Shown piece after piece: positions 1 to 13,201 of a stretch of DNA of 45,671 nucleotides. Both the position numbers and the translations under genes were made by a program. The notes under the pieces are model-generated. The model was not told where the DNA came from and did no database searches. It saw only the letters and a list, made by a program, of their open reading frames with translations. Source of the DNA: Seison nebaliae (lineage: Eukaryota); contig JALJEE010001512.1 of the NCBI GenBank assembly GCA_023231475.1, positions 1-45,671 on the forward strand. The letters are read 5' to 3'. Position 1 is the stretch's first letter, and each line of letters opens with the position of its first letter.

Positions 1-100
1 AACCGTATTTTTAATGAGCATAATCCTTTTGAATGATCCAAAATTTTGGAGCAATTTAAATGTGTAATAAGAAAATATCTACATGTATTTCCCATACGGA

Positions 101-195
101 GTCTACCAAATGGTCGGTCTACCAAATGGTCGGTCTACCAAATGGTCGGTCTACCAAATCTCCGTCTACCAAATAGTCCCGTCTACCAAATGTCG
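101..195. repeat. Tandem minisatellite: 6 copies of a ~16-bp unit with invariant core GTCTACCAAAT (3 perfect GTCTACCAAATGGTCG, then 3 variants)
   Basis: Units start at 101, 117, 133, 149, 164 and 181. The array is followed by TTTTCCCC-TA. There are no unique spacers. Confidence 0.95.
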
Positions 196-2069
196 TTTTC
201 CCCTAATTTTTATAGTATATTGAAGTTTAAACTTTGAATAAGACTTATAAATTTAATGTTATAGTTATTCATTCTAAATTTTCCACCGTTTTCCCAATGT
301 GTGATTGCTGGATTATAAAATGTGGAAAAAATATGTTTCTTATTTTCATAAGATATACTTCTTCAATTTTCTTCTTCGATAAACTCAAAGGATGATTATC
401 ACTGTGAAATGATTCAAAGTTACTTAATCATAGGTGATGTGAGAATCATCCAACTTTAGATATTGGATGAAAACTTTTCATTTTAGAATAAATTCCTTTC
501 CAAATTTTCTTCTTCTAAATGATCTCCTTTCCCGTTTGCATATCAGTCGGACACGAATCTAGAAATTATTTCTACTCGTAAATTAGAGTGAATTCCTACT
601 CGGAAAAAAAGGAGATGCAAACAGTCGCAAGATGATTTGTTTTCCAACAATCGGTTCAGTTTCGATCCGGCAGACTAATTGGAAGAATTTTCATATTATT
701 CGGAAACTTTTCTGCTGGATCATATCGACGACGGAATACGCGTCATATCTTTGAATAATAAAAGTTGTTAAATTACCTGATTTTCATTTGTTGGGGAGAG
801 GGGATAGACTGAATGATGAATTGAATGTTAAGAATACTTTGTTCGTCGAGTTTCGTTTATCGTTGAAATATTTATTCAGAAGTAATTATGTACATTTTTA
901 TGATATAAAACAAGAAATGAAGAAGTGTGAAGCATAGTCTGAGTTTTAATCTTCTTCCATTTTACTCGAACTACATGCATCTAACAACATTCTCTTCTTT
1001 TCATTGTAATGTCTTCTCGGTCTCCCGTGTGACGACAACGGAGAAATGTAGGAAACGAATTAAGAGAATTGAATCGATAAAAACTTAAAAAAAGGAAGAA
1101 TATGAATTTCTAAGAATTGATACGTTATATTCTTCCAATATTAACCTGTTTGGCGAATGTCTTATTTATGGTCGTTCAACATCAACAATGATGAAATTGA
1201 ACTTGGCAAGAAAGTTAATTTCTAATTGAAGAACTTGGTGAGGAACACTCGAAAAAAGAATTTCTTTTTTTTTTCATTCAAATTTTTCTCAATTTCTCTT
1301 ATTCCACTCAATTATTCTTTCGTTATATTTTGTTTGTAGGGAAAACTTTAGAAATTGTTTCGGATATACAAATACTTTAATCGAATCGATATCTTTTTCT
1401 TCTGAATTGAACTTTTCGGTGTCCAAAGTATTTCCTTCCAGAGATTTCCACAAATCATGTTATCTTCACTTATTGTACACGAATTGTCATCTGCATGATT
1501 TCTTTCATTAAACTTATTTTATTCGATGCAATTTGATGTGAAGTGGCCATGATTGGATTAAGTGATAAATTGGATTTCTCATAATTAATTGTGTGAATTT
1601 GGAAGCACATTTGGTTCTCATAAGAAATTCATTCATCTTTTTTCATATATACTACTCAAGAATGTTTCGTAATGGCAGATATCTGGGAAAGAGTTTATTC
1701 GACTACTATAACCATTCTCCAAATTCATCCGTCTCATAAACGAATTGCTAGTTAGAATTTCGAATTAATGGAGAGAATTTCCATTAATTGAAATTGCCAA
1801 TTTTATTCTTGAGAAAGAAGACGCTAACTAGATTTCTATGAAACAATTATTATTGACATAAGATTACCTAAAAATAACATCCGTATTTAGAACAACAACA
1901 ACTGATATGAATAATGTTGATGGCAGAGGAAGATGATGATGACGGACATAATAAATGCTTCTTTCCATACTTCAATTCATTTCATCATGTCAATCTGAGC
2001 GATACGAATCGAAACACCCCTCCATCAACTTCCTTTCGACGATCGAGAGTTACCACTTCCCAAAATTAA

Positions 2070-5000
2070 ATGGGAAATTACGATACCATTTTCATTTTGT
2101 TGGGAGGTGTCACTGGTGGTCTCTTCTTTATTATTATTACATTACTCATTTGTAAGTTCAATTGCCACCAAACTGGTCGTCGGTTAAGGTCAACTATTTT
2201 CCAGTTAGTTTCCCTCTTCAAAAACATTTCCAATTCGGTTTTTTTTTTCGTTTTCCTGTTCTCGTCCAATTTGTTCTCTTATTATTATTTATTATTTCTT
2301 TCACTTCTTTCTTCTTACACTAAACGAACTACTAAACATTTTCAGCACAAACTAGTGAAATTGAGTTATCCTGAAGTTGGAGGTTAGAGATGAGGTAAGA
2401 GGAGAATGAAATTTATTTGTAGAAAGTTTTGGAAGTGAAGAAATTTAGGTGGGAAGAAATGTTAGGAGTGGAGGAGGAGAGGATGAATGAGAGGAATTAA
2501 ATAGATTGATGAGCGAAATCGGCAGAATGAGGATGAAAAGGAGAGAAATTAATAATATCATTATAATGGAAATTGGAGGGAATGATATGTCACAAGATGG
2601 AATGTGTAACTGGAATTTTATTTGTTTTAAGAAAAGAATGAGATGATGATGAGCATGTAGTTAATAGATGTATGTAATAAGTGGAATAATGATAATTATT
2701 GTGCGTATAATTTCATTTTCTAACTTCTGGTGGAAGTGAGAGATGTTGATGTTGAAGATTCTCCATCCAACTACTCCAACAGACAATTCACTATTTCTAT
2801 TTATTAATTATGGAGTGTATTTGATTTATTTGTCTGATGTATGTCAAAGTGTATTAGGTCAGGTTCTTCTTGAATATATTTCCGTTGATTTCGTCCAGAA
2901 GAATAGCTGAGAATGGCTTTCCGTTTTTTTCTCGTAAAAGAATTGTATAAAAAGAACAATGACGAACCGTACTCCATTTCACTCATGGGGAGGATCAAGG
3001 TAATGTGATTAGATGTTAATGCATGAAAAATAAATAAGGAACACAAACAATTGGATGAATTATAATCAATTTCATTCAATTTCATCCCTTTTATTATACG
3101 TCGTTATTTATTTATTTATTTTATACTAATTCAAATTCGTCTACCTTTTCTGGTCGACGAGAATAGCACATACATCAAATACAATATCCTACACGCATAC
3201 ACTTGCACACGTAATCATCGATTTATATAATAGTCTCCTCAATTTTTTTTCTATCGAATCACTTGGTCATTCCCCTCGACACATACACACACACACACGC
3301 ACACAAACACACACCCAAAAGTACACAGAAGAAATGTACTGTTCGGTTTATGGTGGGGAGTGAATCTAAGGTAAGTTCAGGAGTAAATATATAATTTGAG
3401 GGAGAATCATCAAACACTATTGGTAGAAGTCGAACAATTGAATTGGAGATGATGACGTTCAAACCATTAAAATGGAACAGTCGTGTCATTTAAATGAAAT
3501 TATTTTTTGTGCATGACGCAAAGCATTAGACATTTCAATTAGAATTCTGTATAAATTATGTATTGACGTTTATTGGACTATTTAAATGGTTCACTCGACA
3601 ATTTGGAGACTTGGTGCAAATATGAGTTTTTTCGTCGGAATAAACCGATTTTATAGAATATATGAGAAAATCAGGCAATATGAATATTATTCAGGAAAAA
3701 AGGAATATATTCGTTTAGAAGAAGATGGATCATTTCTCCCATTTCCCTAATGCCAGTATCCCAACAAATCCTCAATGGTTCAATATGTTAATTTGATAAG
3801 TCAACTGTAGTTTGGGAGCATCGTTATATTTTCCGAATCATCCATTTGTCATGTTGTTCGAATCTTCTGACACTTCGTCATCGTTCGTCTTCCATCGTCA
3901 GAGAAAAAATAAGTGTAATGACTTATCGAATAAATTCATAGAAGGGTAGGATGGAAACGAAGGTCGAATACAGGTGGAGAATTGCAATTAAAGTTTTCTT
4001 TCGTTTTGTTTGATAATAAAGGAAAACATTTTTGAAAATAAACTGTTGCTGTATATTCCCATATCTTATTAACGACTTGACTAATGGAAGTGTTAAGTCG
4101 AGAGTCCAAAAACGTAATCTTGGAAATATCCATTCTTCCGACTAATGATTTCTTGCGCAAATATTTGAGAAAAGGACTAGTTCGTTCTTTTGTTTTGGAG
4201 AAAGTGAATTTGCTTTAAGAAATCATTCCCTTCCCCGCTTAAGAAGTTAATGCAACTCACTAATAATTATTGGCGACATATGTTTGACTCATGTTGAATG
4301 ATGATTATCTAACAAATGTCGATAATGTCCAATCGATTTTCCAACAATGGACCATGTTAGCACGAATGTATCAATATTTTATGAAATATCGAATTTTTTT
4401 TGATAGTGGAAACAGATCAAGGACAATAACCATTAGGTGTGTTTTCTTTTTTGACAATATCGTGCTGAAATCTCCCAATGGGCCCAAATTCAATTCAATC
4501 CACCATGATAAGAATAGAAGTGACTGATCCACATTTGGAACAATTAACCGGAAATTAATGAAAATTTCAATCTGATAGTGATGCAAATTAAGAGTTTGAA
4601 TAGTGGGATCATCTGAAAATAGGGAAGAAATAATATAGACCGCGAGAGGCCCACACGTAACAATTCCTAGTGAGTTATTTATATGGCGAAGTAATTGAAA
4701 GGGGATATTTATTATTGGTAAAATTTTGAAAATTTTGAGGAATTCCATTTGAGGTTCACTAATCAATTATGAGTACTAGTCAAATGCATTTATGCCTCAT
4801 GCAATTAAAGAAATGATTGACATGATTTCGCGTGAGAAGTTGAAAGGAATATGTCTGAAATGTTGAAGAGGAAAAAAGAAGAAATTGAAATTCGAACTTT
4901 TGCATTCATTCGCTGTCATAAAACGGAAATAGAAGATTTAAAAAGAAACAATTTATTTTCTCACTTTTATGGTAGCACAGGAAAGTTACCGCTCTAACTT

Positions 5001-8000
5001 TCGATTTGATTCATAAATAATTTAACATAATAATCAAATATTCGTTCCTCTAATTGTTTATGTTTAGATGCAACCGATGCTGGAAGCGACCTCAATCGAG
5101 AGTGCGGAGTTCATGTAACCTCGAAATTGACGAAAGTAATCTTCCTTTGGCGGCACGTTCAAAAAATTTCGAGCAATCGCTAAATAATCGATTGGAAATT
5201 CTCACGGAGATACAAGCGACAAAACATAACAATTTTCATTTAACACCAAGACGTACAAATGATAATAAAGGAAGGAATACCTGCGAAAGGAATAGCATGT
5301 GTCAAACTGATAAAAATGATTATGGACCAGAAATAAACAAGGCAAAAGAGAATAACAATTTCATTTTACAACACCAACATCACCAACACCAACAACAACA
5401 AGAAGAAGAGGGTGAGCAGTTAAATCGAAAATATTCAACAAATTCAAATAAATTACCATCGCCAACTGGGAGAGAAGACGACGACGTATTCACCGAGAAG
5501 AACAAGAGGAAAACTTCATTGAGGAATCTTCTTCTTCTCCAATATTTCAAGAATCGACATAATAAGAAATACGCCATCTTCCGCTACATCACATCAGATG
5601 AGAACGCTTTATATCGACGATTCAAATCATCATCGATTCATGGCACGACGGATCATCCGAAGAAATATTTATTCGTAACTAATAATTATCTTCATAAGAC
5701 TTTCGATCATACGATGTCGGACGATAATCAGAATTCATTAACGTCCAAACCGGATCAACATAACATCTCATCATCTGCCGGTTATTATTATCAAATTCTT
5801 CCCCTTCTTCTTCTTCTTCGTTCATTCTCCTCAATTCAAAACGGTACATTCGTCGTACAACATTTCTAATTTATCGATTATTAGATATTGCATAATTAGA
5901 GATGTTATTCATTTTAATTATTTTGAAGTTGCCTAACAGTTTGGAAGGGAGATATCCTCATTGTTCATTATATTCGGAAGAAAAAATATTTGTTTAAGAA
6001 AAAATATATCTGCTTTTCTCATGCTAATACCTCTCTCCCCTCCCCCACTTCCCGATATGACGAGTTGTTGTGAATTCACCTACACAATTACGATAGTTTA
6101 TTAGAAAGATGTTTAATGCTTATTCTGTCTAAGTAAGAGGTTCTACCCTCCCCAAAATTATATATCATATTTGTTCGGCACTAGAAGTAGTAAGTAGGTG
6201 ATTGCAGTTTACTCGATTTCATTCAATTTTCTTTCATTTCTCGCAAGTTAGTCGGAATGGGAAAGAAAACAAAATATGATTCTTTTCTCGTTAACTTTCA
6301 AATGAATAGTGGTAGACGCGAGTAAATTGCAGTTGATGAGAGTTCATCATTGTCTCCCATTAGGATGAATTAGATCAGTGAATATCTAGACACGTCTCCT
6401 GTCATCTTCATCGTCATGTAAATATGGAGCAGGTAATATTAATGATTAATCTCGTTTTTATATTCTCATTCATCTTCTCCATAATGACTAGCGAAAAAAT
6501 AATGAAAATTTCAATTCTCAAAATTCTTGCATGTCATTTAGAATGTGCCATTATCAAACTGAATGACCATATGTGATGTTTCCATAGATGGTAGATAGAA
6601 TTTATTGGTTTACCATAAGAGCAGATGCTAGATATTCTATGAATGACACTTTTTCATCCCACCAATCAATCCGAACAGTTCTAATTTAAACAACGAAACA
6701 TAAAATTAAAATTTCAAAAAATGATTTTCATCAAAAGCACTTGGAAAACTGTATCGTCCATTTGATCCTAGAATTTTCTGTATTCATTCTCATCACAATT
6801 GAAATGAGTTCTGGAATTATTATTCGGACGAAAGGAAAGGTGGGAGTTGTCATTGTTTAAGAGAATATGACAATCTTCCCATTTATATCAGATTAAGTTT
6901 ACTATTAACGACAAGTTCGTTAGACATTTAGATTATTTCCTCTTTGAAGTCGAAACAATAAACGAAATATCTAGTTCAATCTTTGAAAAGTTTGTTGATT
7001 TGAACATTTGTAAAAATAGATTTGGATTGTTTCGATAAATATCTTAAGATTTTTAAAAAGGAAAAATAAAGGCGGAATTTGCTTATTCTTCCAAACAGAT
7101 GAATTGTTTTCAAATCGAGAATATTTATGTGTCGAATTTCATCAGTTGATGTAAAGTGTGAATAGTTAATGATAACGATGGCGCTAAATGTGGAAGGAGA
7201 GAATAATATTAAAGTGATCTGGATCGTAGGGGAAGTATGGGGGATGAGAGATAGAGGTCGTCAATCAATGCACAGAAATATTTATTCGTTCGTGAATTAA
7301 GAAAAGTGTTTCTACTGCTCAATCATCTTCATTAGAATCGTCATCATCGTCGATGTGAATTGGAACAAGTGCATTGTATCGGAACATTCATTTTCTGGAT
7401 TCTCATAAATTTCTTCTATAAACTAATTCAGTTTATTTGTTACGTTATCATTACTGAACAACAATGAAGTGTCTCCGAAGTAAATCTTTCTTTTTTTCTT
7501 CTTCTTTTCTATGATTTTCTTGCTGATTCTTGTCCATGTTAACCAGTCATTTCTAGATGTTATGGGAGGAATATCTCTCATTCTTCTCGATATTTCTCGT
7601 CTATTTCAAGTAGTCCCATCCTCCCACCCAACATCCTCGATTGTAGTCGTACTATTCTTGATTGTTTTCCTCCTCTTTACAACCGGAAAATATTTACAAA
7701 TTGTTTCATCAAATTTCATTTGGCTCTCCTTTGTTTTAATAGTTGAGTTCGCTTATTAGTTTATCAATTTCCAATTGAGAAAAAAACACTTCGTTCGTCA
7801 TTGAAATTTTCTTTAAATTTCTTTTTATATCTACAGCTTGCATATCATCATCGGATTGTGGTAATATGAGGCAGAAATTGACAAGAAATGATACGGTGAC
7901 TGCCAAAGACAAATCGTCGACAGCGGCCGCGACTACAAGTAAAAGTGAAACGAAAAGAAGTGGCAGCAAAGTCACCAGACGTCCTATGGAAAGATTCTTA

Positions 8001-9222
8001 ACTTTACATCCCAATCGTGATCAACATGACGATTCGAATACGAAAGATTCCTCCGTCAAATTATCACGATTAAATAAACGGAGAAATTTCCTGAAATCGA
8101 TGCACAATTCCATCATGGAAACGGATGTCGCTTCTCATATCAAAAATGTTCTGACTAAATCGAATAGAAGTAACAGCTTCTTAGATCAGACGGATCCATT
8201 TGGTCGATTAGATAATTCGGAGAAGACACAATGTCATTCATCAAATGAGAGAATGGATGATTTGGAAAATGACCGTTTGGCTGATGCGGAGACGGAACGA
8301 ATTTTGTCAAACAATCTCAACCTTCAACATTTGTCTCCAACGAACGAATCGTATAACAATTTCCAATCGATTCATTTCCCTGAAACGAATAAAACCGATT
8401 TTAGTAACGCACTTCAATATGTGAACGAGTCACGACAGATGTCGACTAGACAAAGAGATTTTATTAATAAAAAATATGAATCTCTTTGTCGATATATTGA
8501 GACGAATGATATAAAGTTACTGATTTCTTATGAAATTTTAATAAACAACATCTCCTATTTGATTTCAGGAAAAATAAACATTGTCAAGTCACTTTATTTC
8601 GAATGATTGAAGATTTAATCGTTTCAGCTTCAATGGTCGCCATTAGTCATCATACTTTCTGTGCTAATTGTCAAAAGAGTCAACAGAATCAATATCAACA
8701 ACCACCCCAACAACAACAACAAGCACAACAAGCACAACAGACAAAGCCACAGTTGCAACCACTGCAACAACAACCGTCATTGATAAATACGATGAATAAT
8801 GATGATAAACGATCGTCATTGATCGATCCACGAGGACCTTCAATGTGTTCGTCACAAATGAAGTTACTTAATCAAGACAACTTCTCGGCATCATGGCAAC
8901 AAGCTGTTCGTACCAATCGAGAAATGAAACAACAGAATTTCTTATCTTTCCAATCCATCTCCCAACAACATTATCCGACGACGGAAGCGAATATTCATCA
9001 TCCGATGAAATGTTCGGAAGATAAATTACATCGTCGATCTGATAGCAATCTCCATCAGAATGATAATCAATTCAATCAGACATTAAATCCCAACTCTCGA
9101 TTTACTACCAGTGCATCGACACAAGTTCATAGTAATAATATGACAATAAATAAAATTGGAGTTCCAAATCATAGTCATTCAACACTCTCCAATCAAACTA
9201 CCACTCTTAATAACATCCATAC

Positions 9223-9297
<75 letters not shown>

Positions 9298-12064
9298 CTA
9301 CAACAGTCAATTGTTGAATATAGGAGATCAAAGATCAAGTGCATTCAAATTGTATCGACAAGTCTCATGGAATGGGTTTATTTTTTCTTTTAATTGCCAC
9401 AACATATTTCTTCATATATTTTTAATAGCATTTCCACTACGAACCATTCGTCGGATATGAAATGTAAAAGTGAAATGTCAAACGATGACATTGACATTAG
9501 TTCGATGGAGAAGAACAAGAAGACGAAGAAGACATTCTCACCCGAATTGAATGAGGGGAACTTGGGAAATAACATTGGGAATAGCCAATTGCCTGGTATT
9601 AAGATAAACGACTCTCGAATGGCGAATAAGGTAGTTAATAATTCGGAAAATGTCAATTATATGGATTCGACTTCGAATATGAAACATTCCATTTCATTTC
9701 AAAGAAGAAAATCTTTATTGAAACCGATGCGAGTGAACGATATTAATACTATGAATTATTTATCGAAAGAATTAGATGGTGAACCGAATACCGGATCAAG
9801 TGACAAATCGATCTCATCGAAAAAATCACTTTTACATCATCCAACATTCAGTGTTTGTATTTATGATGAAGACGATAACATTGTGGCATTGGAACATTGT
9901 GGAAAGAATGACAATACTCAATATTTATCATCATCTTCTGTTATTGATAATAAACAAGAACAACAACAGAAACAACAACAAGATAAAAAACAACAATCTT
10001 TCAATCAGAATTATTTAATCAACCAACATCAACAACAACAAAATCAACATCATCTAAAGCAACAACACAAACAACAACAACAACAACAACAATTGACAAA
10101 AACCAATTTCCAAAATTCGGAATTACCTCAACAACCACCACAATTTCCACAGTCGAATCAAACACTCTCAAAACCACCGACACAACAACAATTACATCCA
10201 TTATTTCAACAACCATTACCAATGAATAATAATACGTCGTTGAATGTTGCTGATGGTCGATATGATTCGAGGAAAACTTCTTTCAGTCTCATCTCTCAAC
10301 CATATGGGGAGAATGTTCAAGTGAATGAAGGAAGTAGTATCCATTTGGACCCGAAACTCAAATATCAAACCATCAGTATAGATGAAGGAATTTATTGTGA
10401 TAAGAGTCGTCGATCTAGTGAAATGGTCGTTCGTGATGAATTGGCACAACCATACGAAGTATCAGCATCTCCTTCCGCTTCGTTGGTCGTTCCATCACCC
10501 GAAATGATAATGCTTCGACGTATGTCACCCACTACACAGACACCAGCGAGACCCACTAAAATTATGGATCCGTCGATACTCCAACGTACGGCGTCTACTG
10601 ACCGTTCAACTACCGATCGATCTTCATTCAATCAACCAAACTTTCCCGGTTTGTACCATTTTTAAAAATTGTCTCTCTCTCTCTTTCACTATTCTTTCCG
10701 TCTGACATTTGGCCTTATTAGTTCTTTTGTTTTGATTATATTTCCCCCTTCTCCTCTACTATTATGTGCTGAATGAAGTGTATCTCCTTCCGTCTCCACA
10801 TGGTTGAATCTTTTCGAACATTTTATCCTAACATATTCTTTTTAGTCTTCTTTCTTTCATTCTCATTCATTCAATGACATTTTAACAAACTCATCCAACT
10901 CTCCTTTTAATTTCAAATTCCTTTCAAATGACGTCTCATATTTCTTCTTATGATTTAATAATTTTTTTCTCTTAAACTCTATCCACTCTCTCAACTTCCA
11001 TCATCCCCGTTCCCCCCTCTCACACTCATTCACTAAAAAAAACAACATCGCTTGGACCATTTGCCAGTTGCTATTGGAACGACGAATGGAATTAATCGTA
11101 TAAATACAGCAAGGTCTGACCGATATGCTTCCACACATCAGATACCGAAGGTTAGCTGAATTGATTGTCGAATGAATTTTTCCAATTCTACTCACTTCTT
11201 CCCCAACAATACTACTGTTATTTATGTGAGAAGTAGAAGCTTCATGTGTTACCTCTTCGTGTACCTCATCTTTCAATAGTCTTCTTCGATTCCTTCATTC
11301 AACTTCATCCAAACTTGATGAGAAACCATTTCATATTTTCTATTTTTTTTTCTTTTCTCTAGAGCAATTCTAACATTTCACCAGGTCGTAGTCGTTTCAA
11401 TACATGGAATGAGAATCAATATTTAGATAGTTCAAATAACAATTATATTTATACGAATACTTTGACAACTGCCGTCGCTAACACTTCTTACAATTATTTG
11501 AATCGCCCAATTCAATTTCAATCACTTCAAGAAGAACCGTTCATTTCATCTCACACACCGGTTATTATGTCCGCCAATAATTCTTATAACAACATCAACA
11601 ATAACAACAACAACAACCACAATGATTATGATATGAATAATCCAATGACATTATCGTCATCGTTTAATATTCCGATTAATGAAAGAATATCGACATTATC
11701 TAACAACCTCTTTCCACAAAATCATCATCAGATCGATGTCTTTCCTCAAGAATCGACACCGAATCTAGATCAAATGCCAACAGCAGAAGAACGACGATTG
11801 GAATATCGACGTCGATTGACACATATATCTCAAAAGAATCTGTCGAATTCGATGAATATTGGACAGAAATCGAACGATTCAGAGAATCAAGTCTATTCAC
11901 AAAATCAATCCGCTCGTCTCTCCAATAACTTCAGTCATTCACTTACTGACACTCACACCATTCAAGATTCATTCATTACCGCATTCCGCCAATCTGCCAA
12001 TTTCAAGAGTTCAATGGAGCGCTTGATTACAATGGCAAAGTCGAATTTGTCGCTCTTCAAATAA
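2070..12064 (+). CDS. Orphan ~1438-aa single-pass membrane protein: N-terminal TM helix, juxtamembrane Cys cluster, very long Q/N/S-rich disordered tail
   Basis: Model: exons 2070-2182, 5068-5780, 7837-8515, 8569-9375, 9429-10648, 11068-11150 and 11363-12064 (4317 nt). All introns are GT..AG and phase-compatible, linking the ORFs at 2070, 5054, 7866, 8603, 9394 and 11462. N-terminus MGNYDTIFILLGGVTGGLFFIIITLLICKFNCHQTGRRCNRCW. No recognisable domain, so junctions are not homology-anchored. Confidence 0.65.
3281..3315. repeat. Imperfect (CA)n microsatellite in intron 1 of the orphan TM gene
   Basis: acatacacacacacacacgcacacaaacacacac seen directly. Confidence 0.85.
9224..9298 (+). repeat. Perfect (AAC)25 microsatellite encoding poly-Asn
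   Basis: 25 uninterrupted AAC codons in frame with ORF 8603..9460. Confidence 0.95.
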
Positions 12065-12067
12065 CTC

Positions 12068-12111
12068 TCACACATACACACACACACACACATAAACACA
12101 CACATGCACAC
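12068..12111. repeat. (CA)-rich tract immediately after the stop codon of the orphan TM gene
   Basis: cacacacatacacacacacacacacataaacacacacatgcacac directly follows the TAA at 12062-12064. Confidence 0.85.
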
Positions 12112-12491
12112 CTATATGTTTTTTGGAGTATAGACATAAAATAGGAATATTTCCATTTCCACTTTCCTTTCACCATTTCCATAAACTACCAAATAATTAT
12201 AACCACAACAACTTAATAAATTAATATTTCTAAATAAAAAAAATTTTAATTTTATTTATATTTTTTCACGGAATAAATTATCGAATGAAAATTAAGAGAC
12301 GAATAACGGCCAACATTAATCATAAAAAGAACATCAGAAAATAAAAAGGTTTATTTCCATCATCGAATTGATGATTTTGGTAGAATTGTAACAGAAATTT
12401 CATAAAATTACATTTAACTCTCTTTCCTCATTTTTCTTTTTCTACAAATTTACACATTGCATATTGTGGATTGTAGTTTAGCTCTGATCGT

Positions 12492-13124
12492 TTAGTCCAC
12501 TAAACCCGATCGGAATTTGTTGGCGAAGTAGAACATGAGAATTAGATACACATTAGCCACAAGTGCACCACTCAACGGTAAATTGACGATACCTTTCTTT
12601 AATTAACGAAATGACGAAAGGTTAATAGATGTTTGAGGAGGAAAGTGGAAACTGGTGGAGTAATTGTTATCGTTTCGAACGGTTTTGCTTTATCGTTCTC
12701 GTTCAAATGGAGAATGTCCTCCGAGTACAAATCGACTTTGATTGAATCGAACGTGAATTTATTTGATTGTACAACTAACTGAAAAGGACGGAAATGATGT
12801 GAGAGAAGTTGATTGAAAATAACTTGAAATTTCTCATTATCAATTTTCCGTAGAACTGTTTTCTTCCCGTCGACATTAGCGAACAATTCCTGCGATTTTT
12901 TACATTTCGCTTCGACGCTTATAATGTACAGCGGTTGCTTGTATTGACGATTATCATAATAATCTTTTCGAATAACTTTGGCGGACAAACATTTCTCACC
13001 TCGAACTATCATAGAATAAATTTGTGAGAAAAATAAATTTATGAAATGAATTCGAAAGTAGCGAACTTGTTAGAATCGAGTAGACCGAAATGAAAAGGAA
13101 ACATAATAAGATTTTAGAAAACAT
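12492..13124 (-). CDS. SSR4: Translocon-associated protein subunit delta (TRAP-delta), 156 aa
   Basis: Exons 13124-13067, 13005-12824, 12778-12653 and 12596-12492. Signal peptide MFSKILLCFLFISVYSILTIRG, then EKCL..YIISVEAKCKKSQELFANVDGK..KFQLVV, which matches the SSR4 pattern EACL..VFIVEISLTCKN..LYADVGGK..RYQVSW. C-terminal TM LSGALVANVYLILMFYFA. Confidence 0.85.
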
Positions 13125-13165
13125 ATTTAGAATTTTTCTTCTTTTTCTTTGTCTCTCCAATCCAA

Positions 13166-13201
13166 TTTTATAGTTACACGACGAGATTTTATTTGACGTG
13201 G
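13166..13201 (-). promoter_or_regulatory. Putative SSR4 core promoter: UPRE-like TGACGTGG (13194-13201, + strand) and TATAAAA (13172-13166, - strand)
   Basis: Exact XBP1/ATF6-type UPRE octamer about 70 bp upstream of the ATG, followed by a TATA box in the gene's orientation. Confidence 0.45.

Noticed and set aside
101..195. CRISPR array
   Set aside because: The 11-bp cores are separated by 4-6 nt near-identical linkers rather than unique spacers; there are no cas genes and the context is eukaryotic.
46..237. 63-aa ORF
   Set aside because: Non-ATG start; it is simply a translation of the minisatellite.
2804..4766. Short ORFs within intron 1 of the orphan TM gene (2804, 3259, 3936, 4291, 4371)
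   Set aside because: No domain signal or consistent splice structure; lengths are compatible with chance.
8664..10631. Minus-strand Val-rich ORFs (8664, 9390, 10019, 10216, 10392) and similar ones at 5380, 7736, 11700, 37768, 38205 and 41515
   Set aside because: Antisense shadows of CAA/AAC-rich coding exons on the other strand.
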